From contig NC_134027.1 in the NCBI RefSeq assembly GCF_964204645.1, positions 25,258,560 through 25,322,559 on the forward strand: 64,000 nucleotides of DNA. The letters are read 5' to 3'. Position numbers and translations under genes: made by a program. Below, piece after piece: positions 12,801 through 25,750 of the stretch; the stretch's first letter is position 1, and every line of letters begins with the position of its first letter. Source of the stretch: Tubulanus polymorphus (lineage: Eukaryota > Animalia > Nemertea). Below the pieces are notes generated by a model, which was given only the letters and a program-made list of their open reading frames with translations, ran no database searches and was not told the origin of the DNA.

Positions 12801-15800
12801 GCCGGCCCTACTCAGATCGTAGATAGCTTCGTCATTCCACTAGCATCCCCATGTCAGGGTCTGACTTTTATATCAGACTTCCAAATCGTGTATACATCCG
12901 CCATTTAACCGAATAATCCGATTTACTTATCATTTCTATTTATGCCTGACGCTCCTGATATAATCATACATCCTTTACTATTACAATACGTCTTCTCATG
13001 ATATTCAATGCAATATAACATTCCGACGTTCAAATAGAGGTCATAATATAATCACAGGGAGCCATTCTACATCTTTATCAATAATATTTTGCCAAATAGC
13101 TTGTATGTGTACACATAAACCTGTGACGTTTTGCACATCGATTTACGGTTGTCGTTTGTAAAATGACGCTGAATGGTTAGCATTGTTTAGGTTTCATAAT
13201 GGTAACGTTTTATAAGGCGTCAAAAAATCTTTCGAAACTGTTCCCACTGACTGGCCTATTGATAACGTCATGAAATATATTACCTTCTGTTCTGCAGTGA
13301 TCTTCAATCATCATCAGATGTTTGAGGATTAATTGTTTGAAGCGGTTGAAAAGCAGAACATCTTTCACTTTGCCTTTGAATCCCGGACCTCCGAGTTTGA
13401 GCGTCAGAAAATTTCCAGTTTCTAACAGGCTCCTATAGGTGTCGTCTCGATCGATTTCCTGACATTGGCCGTTCAGGCACAGAACTTCGGACGCCCTAGT
13501 CTCCGATTCGTCAACGTCCACTTTCGAGTACCATATCAAATGATTCCAGTTGTTAGATATGAAAGTGTGAAAGAACGAGCTATTGTGGTCGCCTTGGAGG
13601 TAGATTCTAGTGTCCGCACCGGTACCTAAAATGGTGGACAAAATACAAAAGAGGTTATGAATAAAAAGTCCAACCCCAGAATAATCATTCCACCTGATAA
13701 TTGCTGTTAATAAAAAGCCAAAGAATAATTCAGTTAATCAAAAATAATTATTTGAAATTGTATCGCAATATATGTGGACCTTTTATTTATTTTTCTTCAA
13801 CTGACATAAGAGTGTTATTTCACCAAAAGATGTCGTTATTCGTGGCAGAAAACCCCACAATGAGATTGCAAAACTGTAAAGGTTTCGGGTGAACTGAAAC
13901 AATAGCATTGTGGGTTTCGCTGGGCATGGTACCTCATTGTCCATGTGTATGTTTGTATTGTTCTATGCAAATAAAAAGTATTCCAAATGCATGTTGTATT
14001 TTAGTGTTTTGTAACCAATCATTTTTCCCCTCTGGTGCAGGCCTTCAATGGATATCACAACCTTTCACATTTTCTAATCAAAATTTAACAATGAAAAACG
14101 AATCCGAGCAAGAAATATCATTCAAGTACATTCAAACAAGAAAAAAAACACGCGAAAAACAATACAAATATACATGATTATAACAAAATTATTGATATCA
14201 AGAAAGAACAAAATAATGCAAAGGCGACGACAGACAAGTAGCCTATATGTACATGACTTTTGTGGGCACATTTCGGCCGACAGTCTTTTCTTACCTGTCC
14301 AGAAGTGTGTAGCCGGATGAAACTCGAGGAACGTGTAATTGTCTGTCTGTTGTTCGGGGTATATACACAATGAGAGTAGTAACTCATAATGCGAGTCGAT
14401 GAGCGGTTGAGCGGACGTTTTTATATACGAGTCGCCCGCAGTTTCGTTCCCAAATAGATAAAAGTCAGTCTCTGCGGTTTTGGGGTAACCGCTAACAACT
14501 TCAAAATGGTGCTTCATGCCGGTTTCATCGTCTAAACTTTTGTGACGTAGCGGCCACTTTCCCTGCAGTTCTGGATTAGAAAACGATAAATGCTGACAGG
14601 TCCAATCTGAACTATTTGTATTATCACTGAATATCGTGACTGATAGCGTTCGGTTACTGGCCTCCACGTTTCGAATCCTGGTGGGCATCATTATCTCACC
14701 GATTAGTAAACTAGTAATGAATTCATTGTTGTAAGAAAAGAAATTCTTCTTTTTAAATTTTCCCGTCTCCGCAATTATTTCGAGTACATCGAAACCCCTT
14801 GTGATCCAAAAACGACCTTAGTGACTTCGCGGTGAGTCGGAGTAAAAGTACTTACGACCATTGCAAAGTTCGGTCATGAAGAGCGTATGACTTTCAGCGA
14901 TTGACTCATTGTATAACACAACGTGTCGTATGTGACCAATGAATGATTTGCTGGAATCTTTGTTTCCAAATATAAGCTTACACGAGCCAGAGTTGACGTG
15001 TTTGTCTGTATCGACATTCAGTGAACATGCGTAATCATTGCACACCTGGAAGTTACATAATATCCTATGTGAAAACTTATCACTCACAAATTCGATGCTT
15101 GTTCGAAAAATCAGCCATTTTTTCATATACATAAAATGTAGGCTTAGCATTACGTATGTAATTGCGCTCGCCCCTCCCCTAATGCGTACGTTGTAAATAA
15201 ATTACTCCAAGGTTATTCATTCTAGGTAAAACCTTGGTGATTTTGTCAAAAGTTCGATATTTTTATATATTTTTCAATTAAAAATACATCTTAGGTGTAC
15301 GATCAGCCTGTGAAAGTGTACTGGTAATAATATGACTAATCCTTTCAAAATCTATATGACGTATCAATCAAGGCGACCGTCCAGTAATTAATTAAGTGTT
15401 GAACGTTTGATAGGTGCAGATAATAGAATTATAGATGGATACATGAAGAATGATAGATTCAGGCCCAAAAAGGTATGACGAAACAATATGTGACACAAAT
15501 TGAACAAAAGCTTACGCATACCTTATCTCTATTCTTATTTCCAATTCGGCTCCATTCGATGAGAGTCCATCGACCGGCAGTGGCATTGGTCGTTACGGCG
15601 ACTTCTTTGAACGTTTCGTTTAGGTATTCAAATTCATCGTTGTCGTAGTTAAAACGAATCGTCGTAACATTGCCGGAGCCGTCGTCCCAACGAACAAGGT
15701 CACGGACACCGGAAGTAGCATTGTCCGGGTGAACACAGAAGAAAAGACTGAAATCCTGTTCGCAATGGTTGATCTTAATCTAAATATGAAATTAATACAT

Positions 15801-17617
15801 AATATATAATTCATTTTTTACTTACGGATAACAATGAAATGAACATTATAAATGCCGAATTAACATCAATAAGTGAGGGTGCAGACACAGACTTTGGACC
15901 AAGCCAAGTGGTGACTGTACCCTAAAAAAAAACAAAGAAAAGATTGATATGACACTACACGAGATGGATGAAATGAGACATGACTTGTTTATATGAAGAC
16001 ACTACTAATAGAGTATCTTCTTATCTTATTAAGCTGACCATCAGGAATAGAAATGAATAGTGATATCATGATTATATACAAATATCGATGACGCTCTAAG
16101 CCGGGCGCACAAAAACAAGACAGACGCCCAAAATATGAAGCAAAGAATTTATGTCTAAAGCCCAACGCACACGACGCACGGAAATACGGGAACATGAGAA
16201 AGAAGTACATTTTGTCCTGCGCGTTTAAGAGAAACACCCCATTTTTCCCTGTGCTGTGTAAGCCGTACGCAGAAATACCGTTTTTGTGTGCTTTATTTCA
16301 GAAGTGTGCGTCAATAGAAATGTTTTGAAATATTTGCAAAACTCGTTAGTATTTTGGCACACGGCACTGAAAAAACTTTGCTCGTGAAAAAACGTTTTCG
16401 ATGTTTTTTGTTATGCCGTGTGCGGGGAGTCAATACAAAAAAACGCCCAACAGAACGTTTTTCGTCCTGTGTGCGGTTGGTGTTTTGTGTTTTGCATAGA
16501 TTCCATAAAATTCTATCTGCGCCGTTATGCCGTGTGCGTTGAACGCCTATCGTTCGCGGTCAAAACGTTTTCGAAAACGTTTTCCTTTGTATTTTCTGTT
16601 TTGGTGAAACAAGCGTTATGCCGTGTGCGGCGGGCTTAAGGAAGCGTTAACGTCGGCGAATGAAAAAACGCCGATGAATTCAATCACAACATTATTTTGC
16701 AGAATCTCTGAACCAGACGAATAAGCTTACCTGCGATTTGGATTGAAGTTTGAGCGCTTTGTGCTTTGTCGCTGATTGACCATGATGGCTTGCGTCTAAC
16801 GCGTCCGTAGTCGTCCATCCAATTTGATTATCCTTAGTGGCGTCTTCGTTCCCGATGTCATCGTTTAAATTAGTAGCGAAAAACCAGCGACCGATCGGTT
16901 CTATAATTAGAAAGACAATGCGTTTTTGACGATGAACACTTATCCCTCGGGACTGAATGAATAACGCGGTTGTTGCGAGCGGAATGTATTGCAAAACAGT
17001 TGCACAGTCGTAACTTAAGTCCAAAAGTGGACTTAAATCTTAAAACTGGTCTTAAGTTCTTAGATTGGCTATAGAACTAGGTTGGTCTTAGACTGGTCTT
17101 AAGTCAAAGCCGTGACTGTGCAACCGGGTAGACTTGGTACGGGTCAATTTCTTACTCTGTACCGCTCAACTCAAAAATTGCCCTCACATCCCCCTCTCCT
17201 ATTTACTGATAATACAGTTCGCTCAGGTAGTGAACTTCGTAATGTTGCAAAGCCACCACCGATTAAGGTAAAGTCTACCATACGTTTATAGACGTATCCT
17301 GAGCGCCTAGTAGTTGCTCGGATGTTACTTGTACCCAGGGAGATATGACTGTGATACATCGATAGAGTTATATATAGGCAGGGGGCAATGATACCAAATT
17401 TGGAGCGCACTTAAACAGACTCTATTTTGGATACCTCCACTACATAAATGACGATTATCATCATTATTTTTACCATATGCAACCACGTAAGAATTGCCTA
17501 AAAGCAAAGTTTTTGATAGAAAAACGTACCTGGGAATTCCGATGATGTTGTAAAACGAACGCAAGACAACAGAAATAAAGACAATATGAACGTAATCATC
17601 TTCATCACAGTCATCAT
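6851..17617 (-). CDS. Secreted multidomain protein: signal peptide, four LamG/pentraxin (concanavalin A-like) modules and a C-terminal C-type lectin-like domain, about 955 aa, 13 exons
   Basis: Phase-consistent GT-AG exons: 17617-17530 (MMTVMKMITFILSLFLLSC, signal peptide), 16900-16731, 15779-15522, 15045-14856, 14570-14295, 13625-13284, 12014-11469, 10908-10763, 9717-9475, 8903-8723, 8119-8036, 7736-7571, 7028-6851. Total 2868 nt with no internal stop. Each module ends with a related motif: FIGHIRHVVLYN, FKGKVKDVLLFN, FTGLMKHVFLFN, YEGYVKHVYLFN. Lectin-like motifs are TYEEAENFC and WRPCSDEIPFVC. The 3' end is less certain. Confidence 0.82.
16099..16636. mobile_element. Non-autonomous TIR element (MITE) in intron 2 of the lectin gene
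   Basis: Imperfect TIRs AGCCGGGCGCACA / TGTGCGGCGGGCT flanked by TA. Internal GCCGTGTGCG repeats. Confidence 0.55.
16997..17128. mobile_element. Short MITE-like inverted-repeat element
   Basis: GTTGCACAGTC ... GACTGTGCAAC ends. Related sequence near 54685-54740. Confidence 0.5.
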
Positions 17618-17828
17618 TTCCATATCGAAATATGAATTCCGAGGATGTTAAAACGACGTTATAAATAGGATCGTTCCATCGGCAATATTTTGGCATCAAG
17701 CTGCGAGCCATTGTGCGTTTTAGGTCGTAATTAACAGTTTCTGTTCAATCACAATTCATCGGACGCATATATTGATAAAAACCGTGAATAATAAATAAGC
17801 GGAAGGGATAATTTTGAATTAATTTTAC

Positions 17829-18170
17829 CAAGTGAATCGATCAAGGAGCCCAACAGGTTCTTAAGATATGAAAACTTTTAATTACTCTGCTCCCATCTGG
17901 AACTACCATTCATCCTTTTGTCCTATTGTATACAGTATACAGATATCTATTCAGGACACATCTATTTACAAAAAAAAATCGAGAATACTCTTTTGATACT
18001 GAGCACAGGGGGGTGGGGTGTTTCGAATGAGTTTGATCAAGTGAATCGATCAAGCAGCCGAGCATTCTTCCAAGATATGAAAATATTTAATTACTTGCTC
18101 CCGTATGAAACCACCATTCACCCTATTGTACTGTTGTATACGGATATCTATTCGGGACACATTTTTGTTC
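17829..18170 (+). repeat. Imperfect direct repeat, two copies of about 130 bp
   Basis: caagtgaatcgatcaag...agatatgaaaa...accattca...gatatctattc begins at about 17829 and again at about 18038. Confidence 0.7.
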
Positions 18171-19169
18171 TCATCATTCTTTCTTTCTACCACAATGAAA
18201 ATCTTTTTTATCTTTTTCTTCCTCTCCCGGTAAAAATTCTTAAGCTTTGTTGACGATCGATTTCTCACGCAGAAACATGAATTCTTAATACAAAAAAATC
18301 TCAAACTAATAATGCGTTCTTATTAATTCTCTTTCGCCTTCTTTTTTTATTGTATCTTTGCAATAATGTTTTCATTATTAATTGTATGAAATATTTCAAT
18401 TGTGCGATCGTTTATCGGATCGCTTATCGAGTTTCTATCATCATGAAAAAATCTTCAAGGTTTCTCAGGTTTTTATTGGCGTAGAGATATTTCGTAGATT
18501 TTTTAGGCTCATATACGTGCGTTATTTAATGTATCTGCAGCTGCCACATCAGTAGCGCCACCTGGACACCGGAAATGCTGTGTTTTGGAAGCCATTAGAA
18601 TCGAATGTAGCTCATTCCAGTCGTCTTTCCGAGAATCAACACGACCAAATACATAACATTTGTCAATCTCTGACGCCGTAAAAACCGTTACAGAAATGTT
18701 TTTATACATTGGTTATTACTATGCATCTTTAAATTCCCCTATTTACTCAAAAAGTAACTCTACGCATTTCAATTAGATGCTGTAGACATGGATTCTAACC
18801 GCTTCTGGGATCTGGGTATCAAGTTTTTAGAAAGTAGGCTATTTGTGTACACATCATGTATGTAATACAGGTACACATAAATGAACGTCCTCTGTTAAAG
18901 TTTGACTCTAGGTTGTTCTATGTGCGCTGGTATTTATTTTCCAGTTTATGAGAAATCCGGATTAAGATCAATCACATCTCAATTACGTACATGTATGTAT
19001 TTCTGGATTGTGTCGAAATGCAGATTTTAACTAATCCAGATTAAGCGGGTTAGACTTGTAAAAGTATATACTGACTTGAATTGAGCACGATATCGCAGAA
19101 AACCAAGCAACATTATATATTTCCAATGAATGTGACTGATAAAATTGTACTGGTAAACCAAACTCGATA

Positions 19170-20129
19170 TCAGTGGCTGTTCATTTGAATTTTTTTACAA
19201 CAGATTTTTGAACAGAAATACGCTCGAATTTCTCGTCCCAATAAAAGATAAATGTAAAAATTAACGGAGTAATTACACAATTGAAACTGAGTAAAAATAT
19301 CATACAGAAAATCCCTCTGTCCCTTAGAGATCGGTAAATATACTGTAATAGCGGATGGAAGTGTAAATATTGCAAATGCGAGTGAAACTGTTACAAGCAT
19401 TATTGTCGTACGCTTTGATTTTGTAGTTTTCTTATCGGACGAAACCATTTTTGAACCTCTGAATAACTGAACTATTATAACAGAATTCGATGTAAGAATC
19501 AAACTTAGTGGTATAAAGTAAACGTAGATAACAATTATGATAAAAAATGTTATTTGATCTGATAATTCATAGTAACATCCGAAAAACCGGTCGGAGAAAT
19601 GTATCGCCAAAGTAGGTAGAAAATACAGGATAAGTGTATTCATCCCAATGATTATGAGTATAGCAAATCTAGCGAATCTAGGTGTACATATCAAACGAGA
19701 TGTGAACGGGAAGAGCACAACTGCCACTCGTTCCAGAGATATCGCTACTATCAACCACGAACTATTGGTGGCACAAAGTGACATCAAAAATTCGTAGATC
19801 TGACAAACGATCAGTGAATTCATCACGAATAGAGGACCGTTGTAGGCGTTTAAGAGGACAAATTGTAGAACAGGCATCAAACCGAGATTGATGCAATACA
19901 TAAAATCGCTGACTGACAAAACAATAAGATAGTAGGCATAAGATAAACTGCGAAATCTGCGACTCGTCATGATCAGGAAAGTAGCTGAATTTCCGAAGGC
20001 TCCTAGTAGGAACAAGATAGGTAGAATAACCAAAGCTACCGTTCGGTAGCTGCCAAATTTGTTTGCGACGGACATTAGGATTATGTAACTGCTGTATGTC
20101 CGACCGACTTCCACTTGAGTATGATTCAT
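19170..20129 (-). CDS. Intronless class A GPCR (orphan, peptide-receptor-like), about 319 aa
   Basis: Seven hydrophobic segments, GN in TM1, LSVSD in TM2, ISLERVAVVLFP (DRY-like), FTLP in TM6 and NYSVNFYIY in TM7. First ATG is at 20129; the track starts at a GTG at 20159. Confidence 0.92.
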   Translation of the reverse strand: MNHTQVEVGRTYSSYIILMSVANKFGSYRTVALVILPILFLLGAFGNSATFLIMTSRRFRSLSYAYYLIVLSVSDFMYCINLGLMPVLQFVLLNAYNGPLFVMNSLIVCQIYEFLMSLCATNSSWLIVAISLERVAVVLFPFTSRLICTPRFARFAILIIIGMNTLILYFLPTLAIHFSDRFFGCYYELSDQITFFIIIVIYVYFIPLSLILTSNSVIIVQLFRGSKMVSSDKKTTKSKRTTIMLVTVSLAFAIFTLPSAITVYLPISKGQRDFLYDIFTQFQLCNYSVNFYIYLLLGREIRAYFCSKICCKKIQMNSH

Positions 20130-23100
20130 CGTTGCCGCAAACAATCGACCGAAATTCACGTTTACAATGCCTTATTTATGCAAGCTACTATATGTATTCT
20201 CTGGCATTCACTCTCGATTTAATGAAAGTCGATTGCGTAAATTTAATATCGAATATATATAAGGATAATAAAGGTCTATTGTCAAAGTTACGTACAAGCC
20301 TTTATGATAAGAATTATCGAAAATACACATGTATGGTGGAAATCAGTACAAGAACAAATTCATATTTGACGGCGGAGTTTAGAAATATAGATTTATCATT
20401 TTCCCCAATTTCTATCGACTAATTTCTTCACGTGTTGTGTATTTTTTTTTTATTGTGCATTTCATGTTATCATTAATAACTTAGATATACCTGTTCAAAA
20501 GATGAGATTTAAAGAAAAGGTTACGGAATTCCGAGATAATAATTCCGAGCAGCCCTGTTTGAGGCGCCCAGGAATAGGTCATTGCTTTCTGATAGCGTTT
20601 TGAGGAATACTGGAAGAGGTTTTTGGTCTAACTGAATCATTTTAGCCGCTCTTGGTTAACCGTGGATTCAAAATAAGCAAATTCCTTTCTTCTCTCTTGC
20701 TAAACACGCAAATCATGTCTTGCCAGAGATGATCGGAGCAGACTCGGGACATATCGCTAGCAGCCCCGGTCCTATCGGTGGGTGTTTATGGCGTAGATTT
20801 ACGGTCGAAGTTTAACATGTCAAAAACTTTTATCCAAGAAAAAGATAAAAAAGGATTCAAAAGATATTTCCCCGTTATGGTGCTTCGAAGTAAATGAATA
20901 TTCCGACCAATCATCATGTATCAAAGTGGAGTTCTCGTTGAGTTGATTTCCAACTTATTTTTAAATAGGGGTTTACATCTTGGAGACGGCCATGAACTGG
21001 GTTCAGGTTCATTTGTTGAGTTAAAGGTTAAGGTTAAAGTCAGTTCTTTTACGTTTGTAAAACTAGGTCGTTTAAGTTTTCAACAAAAATCGCTTGAAGA
21101 CGCGCCGATTTTTTTGCGCTTTTAGATATATGTGACGAAACGGACATATCTATTCTATTTCAGTTTTCAGGCGAATTTCAGCGGCTTCTCCGACCACAAA
21201 ACCAACTGGAAATACACCCTACTTGCTTCGTCATCTTCCCAAAAAAAATTCTTCCAGACATGACATAAATACCGTTTTGATATGCATATGCTCAAACGCG
21301 ACGCGAAGAGACCCTATAAGTTACCGTAACAAATAGTCAAAGAAAAACTACATAAGATCTATTTCTTTATTTCGGTGTAAATCCCTTTCAAAACAACTTC
21401 AGATTTTTTCAGCGATTTCACACTGAAATAAATCTATTTCAAGATGCAGAAAAGTTTACCAACGACTTCGTGATTTTTTGCAGCTATATTTGCTAAACCT
21501 TTATTGGAAATTTAGAGCGGGACTTCATTACGTACGTTAGTAGGGGGAGGTGGAGATAAAATCGAATCCAGATCAGCATTAAGACTGTGTTGAAGAGGTA
21601 GGGGTAAACGATATTTCGGGATCGTGTATCCTACATCGAAAATTCATTTCAGTAATCTTAACGGGATTAATTCTCTGCAACTCAACACTGATGAAGCGCA
21701 GATTTCATTTATATATACGATGATTCTAATCCAAAACGCGTTAATCGAATACGTGGCTCTTCGAGCATTTCTTATCAATTCAATTCAAACTGCTGCTAAT
21801 AAACCTAAATACGTCTGCGTTTTTAACGATAAAAGTCAATTTCTAGGAATTTCGCTGTTTTTCGGCAATTCTGTTTTTCAGCGATTTGCCAAAAAAAGCT
21901 TCTTCGGATACGCAAGTAAACTTTACTTAAAAACAGTTGACATAAATTTCACAGTCGCTTATCACAGAGTTTATCAACATATATATTTAGTGGCTCCCGT
22001 CTAAAATGTATATTATAGAAAAAGAAACTTATCGCTTTGGAGAAAGCGTTTGATTTTATCTTTTGATGTTTTTCTTAATGAAATTTACGACTTCGGGTAA
22101 AGAGTGAACTCTGTTAACAGTAAGCGAAGAATTTATCTTCCGAGCCGTATAGTCGTTCGGTTACGACAATAAATTATGCGCGTTTGAATTATAAAAAAGA
22201 AAGCCAACCGTTATAAAAATCCCGAATAAATCGCATTGATAAAGACCACGTGTTGTCAGGCTGCGGAGGTAGTGTAAAGTGGTTGTATCTGCAGTAAATG
22301 CACAGACAGCTTTACAGCTGAACATCTAGGATTTGATTTTATCTAATGGAATGTACGTACTGTCTCTGGCTAATTTAGTTGTCCTCATCTGCCGGATGGA
22401 CCCGAAAACCATCATGATAAATACTAGATTGATATAGGTACCTGCGTATTTAAGCAATTCAATTGAAACCTGGACTCAGGAGTTGGTAACGGATTATCCG
22501 GATTATGTTGGATTCGAACCCTGACTGACTGACTGACTGACTGTGGTGTGTACGCGTCTGGTCAGATGCGATACAGATATTGAATAATCTGGCATCAGAA
22601 AATCGATCTCATCGTCTGCTAAAACGACTTATGAAATAAACGAAATGTTCTTTAATGACGCTGAAATAAGATAGTTTTTCTGAGTTAACACAACTAAATA
22701 CAATTGGAACATAGAATCGTCGTTTTGTTTCTAGTGCAACGTGTAACGAAGGAAACAGACAGACAATTCGTGCAAAAATGATCGATCGGTCATCCTGAAC
22801 GATAACGTCTGCTAATAGATTACGTCATCGTCAGACGACGCTTCACTCAGATGTTACCACGATCCGCGGTGTTTATATCATACGACGTACACCGATTCAA
22901 TCTCCAATACGTAGCACTAATATACGTATCTCTCGTGAAGGTAAGAATGATTCTTTGGACCCCTGGTCATTTCATCCTCAGTCCTCGGTGATTTTCATCC
23001 TTTTCTTCTTTATTTTTTTATTTATTAAAAAGTATGGATTGTATATACACAAATAGATTTTGGAACCTTGACTTCGAGGAATACCTTATGGAATGTATGA

Positions 23101-23935
23101 TCTTATGTAGAACCGGGTAGATCCCTATGTATGGATACAGCTCCACAGTTGTGGAAAAAGTCATAAATATTCATGTTTTTTCAATTCATTCTTTTGAATC
23201 TTAGTCTATTTTCAAGTATGGGTTTGTCTGCCAGAAATCGGGTCATTACATATATTTATATATATCTTAACGAACGCGCAGAAGAATTGTTGTAATTCTA
23301 GGTTGGATATCGGACGAACTCGCCACAGTCGTCTCTGTTAGTTTCTTTGATGATTTTTATAATTGCAGATAATGATATCAGAAATTATATAATGACAATG
23401 GACTGTGTAAGACGATAAGAAAATGTCAAATTATACCTCATGTTTGACTGGCGGCTATATTTGATTAAAAGGATACTATTTCTATTCGTGATCAACGATG
23501 TGTTTTTCTCCAATACAAAGTAGAATTTTTACCGATCGACGTGGCTAATATTTACGTTTTTATTCTTATCTTAAAAGGTATTTTTCCATTCTTGCGAAAT
23601 ACTCAAAATCATATTAGCCTCGACGCAACGTCTGATATGGCGTAGACAGACCTACACCGTCAATTAGCACTTTCTGATGCTGGTAATTGAGCATTCTGGG
23701 AATACCGGGTGTGTCTCTCTGTCTCTCTTCAAAGCTCTTTAATCTTGTTGAGGTCGATCGAGCCATAAACCGCGCGGTAACAAAACTGCAGCCACGTGAT
23801 AAATGTCCATATATCAGAAACATACTTCAAAAATACGGAAAACTGACGCTTGACACTGGACCAAAGTATTGGCAAAATGAATTCCAACATCCATTTTACT
23901 CCTGCCGGGTTCAATTCGACAGTTGTGCGAAATTT

Positions 23936-24430
23936 GTCCAGTTCCACAGTTATGTGGGTTTAATTCGACTATGGATCCAGTTCCACAGTTGTGTGGGTTT
24001 GATGTGACCCTGGATCCAGTTCCACAGTTGTGTGGATCTAATTTGACTCTGGATCCAGTTCCACAGTTGTGTGGGTTTGATGTGACTCTGGATCCAGTTC
24101 CACAGTTGTGTGGGTCTAATTTGACTCTGGATCCAGTTCCACAGTTGTGAGGGTTTAATTTGACTCTGGGTCCAGTTCTACAGTTGTATAGGTTTAATTT
24201 GCCTCTGGATCCAGTTCCACAGTTGTGTGGGTTTAATTTGCCTCTGGATCCAGTTCCACAGTTGTATAGGTTTAATTTGCCTCTGGATCCAGTTCCACAG
24301 TTGTGCGGGTTTAATTTCACTGTGGGCCCAGTTTCACATATTGTGTGGGTAACCCAGTTCAATCCACGGTTGTTTAGGTTTAATTTGTCGCTGGATTCAG
24401 TTCCACAGTTGCGTAGTGGGTTTAATTTCA
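23936..24430 (+). repeat. Tandem array of a 39-bp unit (ggatccagttccacagttgtgtgggtttaatttgactct)
   Basis: About 12 units. Related units occur at about 42370-42540 and 59180-59380, and as termini of elements at about 2455-2830 and 50634-50845. Confidence 0.92.
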
Positions 24431-25329
24431 ATCTGCTGGAAATCCGCTACATCGGTTATTTTTCTTTAATGAAATCCTTTCTTCAGCGGACTCGGGTTCG
24501 ATGAATATTAGACGTCACCGAACGCATCTTGTGTATATACGTTCACACGGTTTTTAGCCAGAGAGCAGCGGCGGAGACGACGCGTAATCATCTACTGCAC
24601 AGACATAAAACAACTGTGAATCATGTTTTATTCATGCGAAAAGGGCATAAAATCTAATATGGTTGTGAGATACCGTGCCTTACGTTCTCAATCTCAAGGT
24701 TCATTTTTAATTGAGATATGATGTAGACGCCGGTACACTGTAGTTCGTGTAAGGACAAACGTTTCAAAATCCAATAGTTTCATATGCTATATACATTAGA
24801 TTTGCACGTTATCACTACGTAGTTTTTTCTTTAGATTTTCAGTCATAATTTACTCTCATATTGAAATTTGAGATATCGAGAAATGAAAATATACTAACCC
24901 GAAAAAATAAGTTTTCAGGGAGGGAGGCTAATGATGACGAATTGGTGTGATTGGATGATTTCAAGGACAAACGCTGGGATCGGGGCCAACACGTAAGGTC
25001 AAGGAAAAAACACCGAGGGTCAAGGCCGACATTGCCAAGCATATTTTTGATTGACCCTGTTATTTGTTTGGTTGGTAAATTTCGTTTGATTTTTTTTTTG
25101 ATTGAGTGTCCCTTACAAACCCGAAACGGGGGTTTGATTTTGAAATCGGAAATCGAAGTACAGATATATGTGTGATCGGTGGTCAAATTTACAGATTTTT
25201 TTGTTTATATCCAAGCACGAAATTCGGTTCCGGTTCATTCAAAAAATCTTCCAACCAGTCTGAAACGGCCAACGACTGATTGGGGTCAATTTTTATCTAT
25301 ATTACAAGGTTGAAGGAAGATCATTGACC

Positions 25330-25750
25330 GGGCTGTGAGAATAACAGATCATTAAATAATGGTATTCATCACCAATTTCGCCAGAATTACAATTCTCTTT
25401 CGTATATCTACCCTTCTCAATAGGTAAACAATGATTATTGGCACGGTATCGTAGCAAATAGCGACAGAATTTTGGCGGTAACTCAATGAGGTATTTTTTC
25501 AAACTCAAAATTCTTTTTAATTAGTCTATAATTACAAAGGGTATCTTTGGTATAGCCATTTCATTCCACCACTGTTGAATAAATCGATCTTTAAGGAATA
25601 ATTTCATATAATTATCTAATCCTTGACATCAACTGGATCTTGGATCATCCATACGTAATCTAAGTTGTAATCATTTAATACGTGATGGATTCAATACATT
25701 TTGAACTAAGTTGGTTGTTTCCATATAGATTGAACAGATTACCATACATT
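25330..25750 (-). mobile_element. Non-LTR retrotransposon ORF2 3' remnant
   Basis: RYRANNHCLPIEKGRY...CNSGEIGDEYHYLMIC matches the typical H-x-L-x-IE-x-GR ... DE-x-H-x-L-x-x-C tail of LINE ORF2 proteins. Degenerate. Confidence 0.75.

Noticed and set aside
18509-18709. Possible extra upstream exon of the lectin gene
   Set aside because: The gene already has a signal-peptide first exon at 17617-17530, and this segment has no recognisable motif.
23814-24504. ORFs of 205, 75 and 114 aa with NCGTGSR / LDPVPQL repeats
   Set aside because: These are translations of a 39-bp tandem repeat (a multiple of 3) that is dispersed non-codingly across the window.
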